Part shown: positions 28,992 through 38,808 of the stretch, one piece after another
How positions within the stretch are numbered: position 1 is the stretch's first letter
Layout of the letters: each line of letters starts with the position of its first letter
From: Myxococcales bacterium
GTDB lineage: Bacteria > Myxococcota_A > Polyangia > Polyangiales > DASUME01
Length of the DNA: 64,000 nucleotides
Assembly (NCBI GenBank): GCA_047601445.1
Contig: JASGJH010000001.1
Coordinates: forward strand, 3,616,001 to 3,680,000
Direction: 5' to 3'
Made by a program: the position numbers and the translations under genes
Notes under the pieces: generated by a model
Seen by the model: only the letters and a program-made list of their open reading frames with translations
Database searches by the model: none
What the model was told of the DNA's origin: nothing

Positions 28992-30635
28992 TCAGAGCGC
29001 GAGGCCCACGCGGAAGGAGAACTCGTTGAGCGAGTTGGCCTTGGGTGCACTGCCGGCCTTGGCGCCGGGGGCCGCTGCCTGGTTGTCGGCGCCGGCCATG
29101 TTCGTGGTGGGCGTGCCAGGAAACTGATACAGCGAGTACTCGGCCGTGAGGCGCACGTGCTTGGTGGCCCAGTAGTTCAAGCCGACCTGGTACACATTGA
29201 CGAAGATGTTGCTGGTCTGGGCGTCGAGCGAGCCGTGACTCACGCCGCTGCGGCTGTCGGAGTCGTAGTGCATACGGAAGAGCTCACCGCGCGCCACGAG
29301 CTGCAACGCATGCTTGGCCTGGGCCCCGAGGCCGTCGGGCAACTTGGTGATGCCGTAGACGCCGGCCGGGTTGCCGTTGATGCGCGGCGTCCCGAGTAGC
29401 CACATCGAGAGCTGCAGATAGCCGCCGACGCCCTTGAAGGTGCCCGAACGCAAGGTGTCGTCCTTGGCGCTGGCCAACACCTCGCGCCGGCCCTCGTTGG
29501 CGTACACCACCTCGCCGCGCACATCGAAGCGCTCGAAGGGGATGTAGAACTCGCCCGCCAGAGCATACGCACGCGCGGAGGGTACGATCCAAGTCTCCTG
29601 GTCGCCCTTGCCGTAGGTGCTCGACCAGAAGGTGTAGCCGCCGGGCGTGCTCAGGCCGGGCGCCGCGTAGCGCACGAACTTGGGGTCACGGCTCCCGTAA
29701 CGCGCACCGCCACCGATGTGCAGCTTGGCCAGCGCATCCTTGCGCGAGGTGAATGGACGCAGCACCACGCGGCCCATGCCGTCGAAGCGATTGTCGATGT
29801 TGGGGCGGTTCATGCCGTCGCCGCCGAAGATGCCGAGCTGATACTCGATCGACTTGCTCTCCGTATTGCCCCACCACATCAAGCCTTCGGCCTTGTTGTA
29901 GGGCGTGGCCACGGTGCGCACGATGAGCGCGCGTTCCATCATGTCGAGCCAGCGCGAGCTGGTCACGTTCTCCATGGTGAAGGGCGCGTTGTACTGGCCG
30001 AGATAGATGCGTTGAGTCGGAGCGGGCAGGTAGCCCACGAAGCCGTCGTAGACGTTGGCCGTGCTGAGCGGCGCCTGATTGCCGTCGACCTGCGTGGGCG
30101 CGAAGTTGCCGCCGAGATAGTAGAACCACTTCTTGCGAATCAAACCGCCGAACTCGATGATGAAGCGGCGGAAGAACAGGTTGGTCTTGAGGCCGGTGCC
30201 ATTGGCGCGCTGATAGGACGCGACGCCAGGCCCCTGGAAGGTGTACGTGTCGAGGTGCATGCGCGCGCCGGGCACGAACACCAAGTTGTCGTCGATCGAG
30301 CGCAGGTAGAAGACGCCGTCCGAGTAGTCGAGGCGCGCGTAGGGCTGGTCAGCGCTCGGGGCTGCGGGCACGGGTGGCAAGACCACCGGGCCGGGCGCAG
30401 GGGCCGTCACGTCCGTGGGCTGCGGCACGCTGAGGGTCTCGGCCACGGGGGCCGGGGCGACCAGAGGGGCCACCGGGGCAGCCGACTCGGGGCCGGCGCT
30501 CGGGGCGCTCGGTTCAGCCGTCCCAGCCTCGGGGGGAGTCTGGGCCGCCGCGGGGGCGGTCAGCACGAGGCCAGATACCAAGAAAAGGGAGAGTGAAATC
30601 GCGGCCGTGGAACGACCAGAGAACCCAAAAGTCAC
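28992..30635 (-). CDS. Outer-membrane porin (phosphate-selective porin O/P-like)
   Basis: Signal peptide, Pro/Ala linker, GQYNAPFTME..MERA, GLNYW, C-terminal beta-strand FSFRVGLAL. Confidence 0.75.
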   Translation of the reverse strand: MTFGFSGRSTAAISLSLFLVSGLVLTAPAAAQTPPEAGTAEPSAPSAGPESAAPVAPLVAPAPVAETLSVPQPTDVTAPAPGPVVLPPVPAAPSADQPYARLDYSDGVFYLRSIDDNLVFVPGARMHLDTYTFQGPGVASYQRANGTGLKTNLFFRRFIIEFGGLIRKKWFYYLGGNFAPTQVDGNQAPLSTANVYDGFVGYLPAPTQRIYLGQYNAPFTMENVTSSRWLDMMERALIVRTVATPYNKAEGLMWWGNTESKSIEYQLGIFGGDGMNRPNIDNRFDGMGRVVLRPFTSRKDALAKLHIGGGARYGSRDPKFVRYAAPGLSTPGGYTFWSSTYGKGDQETWIVPSARAYALAGEFYIPFERFDVRGEVVYANEGRREVLASAKDDTLRSGTFKGVGGYLQLSMWLLGTPRINGNPAGVYGITKLPDGLGAQAKHALQLVARGELFRMHYDSDSRSGVSHGSLDAQTSNIFVNVYQVGLNYWATKHVRLTAEYSLYQFPGTPTTNMAGADNQAAAPGAKAGSAPKANSLNEFSFRVGLAL

Positions 30636-30800
30636 GCGGCAGGCTCCTCAAGTGCGCGCACGCAAATCATGGAGATTGCGTGTCAAACGCCACTTACGGC
30701 CCGTCATTTTCGACACTCAGGTGACAGCGCTCGACCGTTAGTGTGACATCCGTGTGACGAATCGTTCGGCCGTTACGCGCCCGAAACTGACCGGTCGGAG

Positions 30801-31826
30801 TCAGGTGCGCTGGGATCGCTGGAGTTCCGCCCACAATTCGGGGCCACCGAAGCGCCGCTTTCCACCTTGCTCGGCCTGCTTGATGAGGGCGACGAGGCGG
30901 GCGTTCACGGGGACGGGCTGCCCGAGTTGCTCCCCGAGCTGCACTACCTCCCCATTGATGAAGTCGATCTCGGTGGGACGGCCGCGCTCGAGGTCGTCCC
31001 ACATGGACGAGCGCGCCAAGGGGTCGATGGCGAGGGTGTTGCGCCCGGCCACCTCGAACAAGAAGTCAGGCACGCCCAGTAGACGCGCCATCCAGCGGGG
31101 AGGCAGCGGCGTCAGGCGCGCGGGCTGGATGTCGGTGCGGCTCAAGAGCGCGAGTGCCTCCGCCTGCGCCAACCCCAGGCAACGCCGGAAGGCGCGCTGC
31201 GCGAGCTCCTCTTTCAAGGGCAAGTCCGAGAGCGCATTGATGGGGTTGTTCAAGTTGAGCAGCAGCTTCGCCCATTGCACACGCTCCAGATCGTCGTGCA
31301 AGTCCAGGCTCAGGCCGGCCCGCGTGAACGTGTCGACGAAGGGCGCGAGCCCGAAGACGCGCTCGGCCGAGAGTCCTCCCTCCGAGCCCTGGTGAAACGC
31401 GCCCTGTCCGCGCTGCACCACGTTGAACTGCACCATACCCGCGAGCACGCGACAGCGCGGCAGCAGACGCGAGAGCACACGCGCGTTGTGCAGACCGTTC
31501 TGCAGACTCAGCACCAGGGTGCCCGGACGCAGCGCGCTGGCGAGCTGCTCGGCGGCCTGCTGGGTCGCCGCGGACTTGACGCAGACCAGCACGAGCGAAG
31601 CCGCCCGCGCGCGATCCACGTCGCTTCCGGCCATGACCTTGTCCGCGGGCACGTGCAGTTCCGCGCCTCGGTAGTCACTCACGTGGAGTCCGTGGGTCCG
31701 CAGTTGCGCGACCATGGCCGGGCGCCCCACCAAGTGAACACGCGCGCCCGAGGCGAGCAGACGCCCGCCCACGTAGCAACCCACCGAACCGGCTCCGTAA
31801 ACACAGATGAGAGGCGCGTCCACCAC
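30801..31826 (-). CDS. panE: 2-dehydropantoate 2-reductase (ketopantoate reductase family)
   Basis: GAGSVG, CVKS, SLQNG, WAKLLLN, SSMWDDLERGRPTEIDFING. Confidence 0.88.
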   Translation of the reverse strand: MVDAPLICVYGAGSVGCYVGGRLLASGARVHLVGRPAMVAQLRTHGLHVSDYRGAELHVPADKVMAGSDVDRARAASLVLVCVKSAATQQAAEQLASALRPGTLVLSLQNGLHNARVLSRLLPRCRVLAGMVQFNVVQRGQGAFHQGSEGGLSAERVFGLAPFVDTFTRAGLSLDLHDDLERVQWAKLLLNLNNPINALSDLPLKEELAQRAFRRCLGLAQAEALALLSRTDIQPARLTPLPPRWMARLLGVPDFLFEVAGRNTLAIDPLARSSMWDDLERGRPTEIDFINGEVVQLGEQLGQPVPVNARLVALIKQAEQGGKRRFGGPELWAELQRSQRT

Positions 31827-31949
31827 CGAGGCAGTCTAGCAGGGAGGCCGATGTTCTTGGCGCACACAGACGATCACGCCCGTCTCCGACGGCGAAAACC
31901 CATGTCGACCCCCTGCGCGTCGCGGAGAACCCGCGTATCCTTGGGCCAC

Positions 31950-33026
31950 ATGTCTTCCGCGTTCGACCCCTCGCCCAGCTTGTTCTCTCGGCTCCCGTTC
32001 ACCGCCAGCGTGGCGCGGGCCCTGGGTCGTTCGTTGGTGCGGCATCTGCGCGAAGGCCGCCCGCACGCGGAGTGGCCTCTGGCCTACGACCTGATGATGA
32101 GCGTTCTGCGTCAGGCAGCCCAAGACCATCCCGAGCTCTCGAAGGCCCTGGCGCGCGCGAGTTCGGCGCCGTTACCGCTCTCGCTGCGCAGCAAGGTCCA
32201 GCTCACGCAGGCTGCGTTGGCAGGCTTGCCCGCGGAGCTCTACACGCCGACGCGCAGCCCCTGGGACCGCGCGCGTCGCCGGCGCGAGCAAGGGCCCGGC
32301 GAGACGACGTTCCTGTTTCTTCACGGCGGCGGCTACGTCACGTGCTCGCCTCGCACCCATCGCGACATCATCTCTCGCATCTGCTTGGAGCTCGGCGGCC
32401 GCTGCATCGCTCCGGACTATCGGCTAGCGCCCGTGCACCCCTTTCCCGCCGCGCTCGAAGACGCGCTGGCCTGCTACCGCAGTTTGCTCGAGGCGGGTCA
32501 GGATCCAGGCCGGCTGTTCGTGGGTGGAGACTCCGCCGGCGGTGGCTTGAGCTTGGCCCTGGCCGTGCGTCTACGCGAGCTGCGCCTGCCGCTCCCGCGC
32601 GCGCTGGTGTTGCTCTCGCCATGGGTGGACCTCTCGCTCGACCATCACGCGCTGGCTCCTTACGCGGATCATGACTACTTGGCGGTCGAAGCCACGTTGA
32701 CCAACGCCCGTGAATACGCCGGCGCGAGCGCGCTCTCGCACCCGCTCATCTCGCCCCAGCACGCCGACCTGCGGGGGCTGCCGCCGATGCTGATTCAGAC
32801 GGGCGAATGGGAGCTCCTGCGAGAGCAGAACTTGACCTTCGCGCGTACGGCCCGGCGCGCGGGCGTTACGGTGGAGCACTCACTCTATCCGGGCATGCTG
32901 CACGCGTTCACCTGCTTCGCGGGGCTCACGGAACAAGGCGCGCGGGCCATCGCCGAGCTCGGGCAGTTCATGCGGGCTCAGCTCGCGTCCGAAGAGCCCG
33001 AAGCGCCGCGCGCCAAGGCCTCTTGA
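31950..33026 (+). CDS. Alpha/beta hydrolase, HSL-family esterase/lipase
   Basis: FLHGGGY, DYRLAP.HPFPAALED, GDSAGG, LSPWVD, GMLHAF. Confidence 0.92.
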   Translation: MSSAFDPSPSLFSRLPFTASVARALGRSLVRHLREGRPHAEWPLAYDLMMSVLRQAAQDHPELSKALARASSAPLPLSLRSKVQLTQAALAGLPAELYTPTRSPWDRARRRREQGPGETTFLFLHGGGYVTCSPRTHRDIISRICLELGGRCIAPDYRLAPVHPFPAALEDALACYRSLLEAGQDPGRLFVGGDSAGGGLSLALAVRLRELRLPLPRALVLLSPWVDLSLDHHALAPYADHDYLAVEATLTNAREYAGASALSHPLISPQHADLRGLPPMLIQTGEWELLREQNLTFARTARRAGVTVEHSLYPGMLHAFTCFAGLTEQGARAIAELGQFMRAQLASEEPEAPRAKAS

Positions 33027-33045
33027 TGGCGGCGACTCGAGCTCC

Positions 33046-34110
33046 TCAAGCCGACGCCTCGGACCAGCTCACGAGCACCTCGCGCGCCCCCTGAAACGGG
33101 CGCCTCCCGTGCAGCATCAGGTGGTTGTCGACCAAGAGCACGTCGCCTGGACGCCAGCACACGCGAATGGCCGAAGCGTCCACCACCTGGCGCACGTGGT
33201 TCACGATGGCATCGGCGATGGGAGCGCCGCTGGCCAGGCGCACGTCGGTGGCGACCTCGCGCCCTAGCCACTGAAACGCCCTGCGGTAGCCCAGCGCCAG
33301 CGGGCGCAAGGCCAAGGCGCGCAGGCCCCGCTCGCGATGGGCGGCGCTGGCCAGGATCTCCGCAGGCGTGGAAGCATGGAAGACCAACAGGTGATTCAGC
33401 CAGGCGCGCTCGCGGGTCTCGGGGTGCAGGCGCACCGCGGTCTGCTGTTGCTCGAGCGTGAGCGAGCCGTCGTGGCCGAAGTAGGCGCTGGTGCCCAGGC
33501 GCCGCAGGCGCGCCAGGAGCTCCTCGCGATCGCGCGTGCCAAAGGTAATGTTCCAGCGCTTGAGCTCGAAGGGATCGTGCCAGCCGTCCGCGCGTGCGTG
33601 TCGGCGCCGGATGCGGAGCGGGCCCGCGAGGAGCGGCTCGACGAGCCCCGGATCGAGCCGAGAGAGTACGCGGCGACCGTCGACGAGTGTGGTCTCCCCG
33701 CCGGTCCTGGAGGCGCGCCTGCACCAGAAGAAGAGCTGACGCGGCATGCGAGGCAAGTAGCTCATCTCCGCGTGCTCGGGCACCACCACCGCCGAGGAGA
33801 CTTCGCTCGCCGTGTACACACCCGGAGCCTGGTAGGTGCGCGGGCTCGGTCCCTCGTAGCTCGCGCCAAGCGGCCCCCCAATGGTGGATGCCACTTCGGC
33901 GAACTCGCTAGCGTCCACTTGCGGAAAGTCTCGCAGAAGGATGGCGCCCGCCATCTGCAGCGTTTGCCGGAGCTCGTCGCCGTGCTTGGCGACGTGGTCG
34001 GCGAGTCGCTGATGACGACCTGCACCCGAGACGAGCACGGGCCCCTCGGGCAGAGACACGCGTGGGCGCACGGGAACGCGCGGCAGTTTGGAGACGGAGC
34101 TTGCGATCAT
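33046..34110 (-). CDS. TauD/TfdA-family (SyrP-like) Fe(II)/2-oxoglutarate dioxygenase
   Basis: GAILLRDF, SPRT..GVYTASE, HAEMSY, GGETTLVD, HPET, W..GDVLLVDN.LMLHGRRPF. Confidence 0.9.
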   Translation of the reverse strand: MIASSVSKLPRVPVRPRVSLPEGPVLVSGAGRHQRLADHVAKHGDELRQTLQMAGAILLRDFPQVDASEFAEVASTIGGPLGASYEGPSPRTYQAPGVYTASEVSSAVVVPEHAEMSYLPRMPRQLFFWCRRASRTGGETTLVDGRRVLSRLDPGLVEPLLAGPLRIRRRHARADGWHDPFELKRWNITFGTRDREELLARLRRLGTSAYFGHDGSLTLEQQQTAVRLHPETRERAWLNHLLVFHASTPAEILASAAHRERGLRALALRPLALGYRRAFQWLGREVATDVRLASGAPIADAIVNHVRQVVDASAIRVCWRPGDVLLVDNHLMLHGRRPFQGAREVLVSWSEASA

Positions 34111-34230
34111 GGAATGCAGGCAGCTGAGCAAATTGCGATCCAGGGCGCCGTGTTGATCTTTGCGGTGTCGCCCGTGCTTGGACGCGGTTCTCCCCGGAAC
34201 CTTCGAGGGCACCCCGGAAATCTGCGACTC

Positions 34231-34327
34231 GAGCGCACCGTTTCGCGGGGAGGGCACGCGCCCTTCCCGCCCGTCGCGGCAAAGCCGCGTCGGGCCCCAC
34301 CCCACCGCGAGGTTCGCTTCGCTCACG
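34231..34327 (-). repeat. ~100-bp dispersed double-hairpin repeat, copy 2 (inverted relative to copy 1)
   Basis: Its reverse complement CGTGAGCGAAGCGAACCTCGCGGTGG..CGCGGCTTTGCCGCGACGGGCGGGAAGGGCGCGTGCCCTCCCCG matches 10754-10854. Confidence 0.85.
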
Positions 34328-34459
34328 AAGTAGTACTTGGATGGTCGGCTCACTCGGGCCCACCAGCCGTTCGGCCCTCGTCTTGCATTGCGTCGAGGAG
34401 TGAGTCGTCACGTTTTCCGGTCACCACCCCATCTCGAGTCCAGTGCAGCCACGGATTCC

Positions 34460-35750
34460 GTGCGCGAGCGCCCGGTCCCGCAACTCGCTTCCACCACGCA
34501 GCTGCTTGGGCCTAGCGAGCACATGTTCATGGCGCTACGGCGCTTCACCCCGACCAACGTGTGCCGGGTGATCGCCATCGAAGGGGAGCTCTCACCGCGC
34601 GCGGTGCAGCTCGCGCTGAGGCACCTGCAGGCCCGTCATCCACTGCTGCGCTCCCACGTGGTGGATGCAGAGGTCCCCTATTTCGTGCACGGCGAGGCAG
34701 GCGCTCCCCAGCTCCACGTGGTGCAGCGCGAGAACACGCAGCACTGGCGACGCGTGCTGGAGCGGGCCCTGAACACGCCCCTCACGCAGGCACCGGGCCC
34801 GCTCTGCGAGGTGCACTATGTGTACGGCGAAGGGCAGCGCGCGGCCGAGCTCATCGTCGTGGCCGAGCACGTCATATGCGACGGGATCAGCATCAACCAG
34901 CTGTGCGCGGAGCTGCTCGAGCTGTGCGCGCGTCCCGAGGTGGGCATGGCCCGCCCGGCCCTCCCCGTGCTGGAACGCATGCTGCCGGAACACGGCCTTC
35001 AGGCACGCTTGCTGGGCTTCGGCGCTGCGCTCACGACCTTCGCGCGGGTGTCCTTCGGACGCGCCCTCTCGGGCGGACGACGCTGCGCAGAGAGCTCGAG
35101 CTATGCCTATCGCGAGCTCGACCCCGAGCAGACCCGAGGTCTGCTGGAGCAAGCGCGCCGCCACGAGACCACGCTCACGGGGATCTTGCTGGCCGCCGTC
35201 ACCCAGGTGCTCGCGGAGCGATACCCGGACGAGCGCCGCTATGCCATCAGCGTGCCGATCAACTTGCGGTCGCGCCTTCGAGGGCGCGCGCTCAGCGCAG
35301 AGGACCTCGGCAACTACACCAGCGTGGCCTATCTCGAGACGCGCCCGAACACGGATCCCTGGCGGCTCGCCGCGTTGCTCAAGCGAAAGCTCGATACGAT
35401 TGTCGCCAGCGACCGGCTCCTGTCCGCCGTATCTCTGATCTATCGCACGGGCAGGCTGTGCCTGCGCCCGGGCCGCCCGCCGCTCGCCCACGCCATGCTG
35501 AGCAACAGCGGCATCGTTCCACTGCGGCGAGACTACGGCGCCTTCCGCACGCTCGCCTTTCGCAGCGCCACGTCGGCGCCGATGCTGTCGGCCGATTCTC
35601 TGCTTCTTCTGCAATACGCTGCACGACCGTCTCTGCATCAATCTGCTGTTCGCCGAGCAGGTGTTGTCACGCAGCGAGGCCGAGCAGGTGCTCTCGGAGC
35701 TGGAGCACAAGCTCGCTGCCTTCGGCCCCCTCGGAGAAACCGCCCCATGA
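34460..35750 (+). CDS. Condensation-domain/PapA5-like CoA-dependent acyltransferase (apparent +1 frameshift at ~35596)
   Basis: RHPLLR, HVICDG (HxxxDG), PINLRSRL, LGNY, LSNSG. Removing one T in GATTC 35594-35598 gives ADLCFFCNTLHDRLCINLLF..stop 35750. Start uncertain. Confidence 0.78.
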
Positions 35751-36055
35751 CACGCATGACCCTGGATGAGCTCATCGAACGCTACGACCAAGACCATCAG
35801 CATCCCGCGAACCGGGCGCTCCACATGGTGGGCATCACGCTGATCGGCAGCTCCGTGGTGCTGCTCGTGCCCGCGCCCCCGCTTGCGGCGGCGCTGTTCG
35901 TCTCGGGCTGGGCCGCGCAGCTCGTGGGTCACCGCATCGAAGGCAAGCCGCCGAGCTTCACGCGTGACCCGAGGTTCATGGTGGTGGGCGCTTTCTGGTA
36001 CGCGCGACGCGTGCGCGAGTTGAGCCAACGGCTGGCTCACGCACGCACGACTTGA
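35747..36055 (+). CDS. DUF962/Mpo1-like membrane protein
   Basis: YDQDHQHPANRALHMVGI..QLVGHRIEGKPPSF; ATGA overlap with the corrected upstream stop. Confidence 0.85.
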   Translation: MTRMTLDELIERYDQDHQHPANRALHMVGITLIGSSVVLLVPAPPLAAALFVSGWAAQLVGHRIEGKPPSFTRDPRFMVVGAFWYARRVRELSQRLAHARTT

Positions 36056-36071
36056 GACCTGAAAATCAGCC

Positions 36072-37643
36072 TCAGAACGCCGGTCGACTCGGCGTGCCCG
36101 CGTAGGGCACCACGCTGTCGCGCACCCGGATCAATCCGTTGAGCACGCCCACGAAGGCCGTGCCGTCGGGCGCCAGGGAGATGGCCGCCCAGTTGTTGTC
36201 GTAGCGCACGCCCGTTCCGGTGAGCACGCGATAGACGGTCTTCCCGGTGTCGAAGTCGATGGCCGTGAAATAGTAGGCATCGAGCCCATTCGGTGCGTTG
36301 GGAAGCTTGGTGTAGGCGTAGACGAGCCCGGTGGCGGTGGACAGCTTGGGCACCGTGGTCTGCGAGATCTCCCGGCTCTCCCACATCACGTCGCAACCAC
36401 TCTCGTCGGCCCGCACGTCGATGCGCGCGAGCCCGGGTGCGCTGGTCTTGCCGCCGCGCATGGTGAGAAAGAGGTCGTAGCCCGCGTTGTTCTCCACGAT
36501 CAGCGAGCGACCGTGGCCGATCAAGGTGTTCTCCGTGGCGCTCTGTCCTGGGCTGAACACGGGCGTGCGGCACACGAGGCGCTCGTTCGCGCCGGCCTTG
36601 CGGCGGTACACCAGCACGTTCATGCGCGGCTCGGCGTTGTCTGCGATCGCCACGTAATCTTCGCCGAGGATGGTCGGGGTGGTGCCGGAGCCCTGGTTGA
36701 TCTGCCCGAGCTTGCGCGCGGTCCCGCGGTCGTAAGCCTCGCGCCAGATCAACGCGAGGGTGCCCTGGGCCGTGGCGGCGAAGTGGTAGAGCGCGTGATC
36801 CGACACGATGTACGCCCCCTCGGGCGCCATGCTGAAGGAGTTCTCGATCTCCTCGCCCGCGAGGCGCTTGCTCACCACGCGGGGCGCGGCCGGGTCGGCC
36901 TTGGCGCGCACGAAGCCGAGCGTGCCATAGCGCGCCACGAACCAATAGTTGCCCTCGAAGTCGGGCATCACGGCCGTGATCTTGTCGAGTTCGCCCGTGG
37001 GTAAGGTGAGCTCCCGCGCGAGATTGAAGTGCTCGTGACGAACGAACCGCAGCTCCTCGCCCTGCCCTTCCACCGCGATGACCTCGATGGATCCGTCCGC
37101 GGTCCCCACCACGGCCCGGTCGAGATGGTCGAGATAGAAGTAGGCTCCGCCCGAGGTGTCGTTCATGGTCTTGCGCAGCTGCAGCATCGAGCTGCGGCGC
37201 GCGGGCAGCTCGTAGCTCGCCAGGACGTGCAACGTCTCCGGCTCGAGCAGCAACAGGGTCGGCGTCCGCTTGCTGACGCACACGGTGACGATGCGACCAC
37301 GCCGATCGAAGTTGATGGTCGGGCACTCGCCGCCGAGGAACCCCATGGAGCGCGACGCGACCTCGGGCTGATGGCCGAGAGGCCCCGCCCAGCTGTAGGC
37401 GTTCGTGGTGAACGGATCCACGTGCATCGAGCTCGCGCCGTGCGGCGCCATGAACGGATGCTCGGGCGCGTAGGGCTTGGCCAACGGACGCGGAGCGTGC
37501 GCGACGCCGTCGCGTGCAGGCACCAGATGCTGCACGCTCGTATCCCATGGGATCGCGCGCGAGGCGCCGACCCGCATGTGTCCGCAAGCGCTGACCAGCG
37601 CGAGTGCGGTGAGCAGCGCGAGCTGCTTCCAAGCAGCGCTCAT
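36072..37643 (-). CDS. Secreted lipoprotein, probable beta-propeller, function unknown
   Basis: LVSACG lipobox; SSMHVD, SGGAYFYLD, IENSF, GSGTTPT, repeated short beta motifs. Confidence 0.75.
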   Translation of the reverse strand: MSAAWKQLALLTALALVSACGHMRVGASRAIPWDTSVQHLVPARDGVAHAPRPLAKPYAPEHPFMAPHGASSMHVDPFTTNAYSWAGPLGHQPEVASRSMGFLGGECPTINFDRRGRIVTVCVSKRTPTLLLLEPETLHVLASYELPARRSSMLQLRKTMNDTSGGAYFYLDHLDRAVVGTADGSIEVIAVEGQGEELRFVRHEHFNLARELTLPTGELDKITAVMPDFEGNYWFVARYGTLGFVRAKADPAAPRVVSKRLAGEEIENSFSMAPEGAYIVSDHALYHFAATAQGTLALIWREAYDRGTARKLGQINQGSGTTPTILGEDYVAIADNAEPRMNVLVYRRKAGANERLVCRTPVFSPGQSATENTLIGHGRSLIVENNAGYDLFLTMRGGKTSAPGLARIDVRADESGCDVMWESREISQTTVPKLSTATGLVYAYTKLPNAPNGLDAYYFTAIDFDTGKTVYRVLTGTGVRYDNNWAAISLAPDGTAFVGVLNGLIRVRDSVVPYAGTPSRPAF

Positions 37644-37728
37644 GCAACAACGCACCGCACCGAGGGCGAGGTGTGAAGAGCGCTGATGCTTGGAAATACC
37701 CGGGGCGTGCATGATGAAGAGCGCATTG

Positions 37729-37745
37729 AGCAAAGGCCGCGCCAA
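37729..37745 (-). promoter_or_regulatory. sigma54 (-24/-12) promoter for the lipoprotein gene
   Basis: Minus strand TTGGCGCGGCCTTTGCT, GG-N10-GC, ~85 bp upstream of ATG 37643. Confidence 0.6.
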
Positions 37746-37762
37746 CCCGACAAATTCGCCTC

Positions 37763-37805
37763 AAAATGCAAAAGCCCCGCCGAATCGATGTGATTTGGCG
37801 GGGCT
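37763..37805 (-). terminator. Rho-independent terminator downstream of peroxiredoxin
   Basis: Minus strand AGCCCCGCC..GGCGGGGCT followed by TTTGCATTTT. Confidence 0.7.
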
Positions 37806-37907
37806 CACGAATGCCTCAGGGTTCCCGAAAGCGGACTGTCTACCATGAAAGACGTGAGGGGCCGTGACGTACGACCGTAAAAGCTCACGGGCTCCCAGGA
37901 GCCATCC

Positions 37908-38555
37908 TCACCGCGGAAGATTCGGCTGCGGTGTAAGGCGGAGATAGGGACGAACCGCGCGGTAACCAAGGGGAAACTTTTGCTTGATGAGCTCGGGATC
38001 CTGGAGCGCAGGTACGATCACGACGTCGTCGCCGTGCTTCCAGTTTCCCGGTGTGGCCACGCTGTGGCGGTCGGTCAGCTGAAGCGAGTCGATCACACGC
38101 AGGATCTCGTCGAAGTTGCGCCCGGTGCTCGCTGGATACGTGATGATCAGGCGCACCTTCTTGGTGGGATCGATCACGAACAACGAACGCACCGTGTGGG
38201 TCGAGCTCGCGTTCGGATGGATCAGGTCATACAGCTCACTGACCTTGCGGTCCGCGTCGGCGATGATCGGAAAGTTCACGCGCGTGGACTGGGTGTCGTC
38301 GATGTCGGCGATCCACTTGTGATGGGACTCGACCGGATCTACGGAGAGCGCCAGCACCTTCACGCCTCGCTTCTCGAATTCGCCCGCGAGCTTGGCCGTG
38401 AGACCGAGCTCGGTGGTGCAGACCGGCGTGAAATCCGCGGGATGGGAGAAGAGCACGGCCCAGCTGGAGCCGAGCCACTCGTGAAAACGGATACGCCCCT
38501 GAGACGAATCCTGTTCGAAGTCGGGAGCGAGGTCCCCTAGCCGCAAGCTGCCCAT
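37908..38555 (-). CDS. 1-Cys peroxiredoxin (Prx6/LsfA-like)
   Basis: FSHPADFTPVCTTE, YPASTGRNFDEILR. Confidence 0.95.
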   Translation of the reverse strand: MGSLRLGDLAPDFEQDSSQGRIRFHEWLGSSWAVLFSHPADFTPVCTTELGLTAKLAGEFEKRGVKVLALSVDPVESHHKWIADIDDTQSTRVNFPIIADADRKVSELYDLIHPNASSTHTVRSLFVIDPTKKVRLIITYPASTGRNFDEILRVIDSLQLTDRHSVATPGNWKHGDDVVIVPALQDPELIKQKFPLGYRAVRPYLRLTPQPNLPR

Positions 38556-38808
38556 AGACGATGACTCCTGGTTGCGAGAGGGGCAGCCGTCGCAAGGGAC
38601 GTACCAGCATGCAGAGGGGCGATTTTCTCGGGAAAACCTTGGTGCTTACGGAGCCGAATGGGCCCGATCCATGAAATGCCATGGGCGGCTACGAAATGTC
38701 ACGGGCGCGACACCAGGGCCGGAATCGGCGAGCGGATACGGCTCGAACACGGGCGCGCCTTGCTGGTGGCGGCAAGGCTGGCACGGGAGCAGGGCGACCT
38801 TCGCTTTG

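Noticed and set aside
34337..36055. Apparent 572-aa acyltransferase-DUF962 fusion
   Set aside because: Product of the +1 frameshift at ~35596; the corrected frame stops at 35750 with an ATGA overlap to a separate gene.
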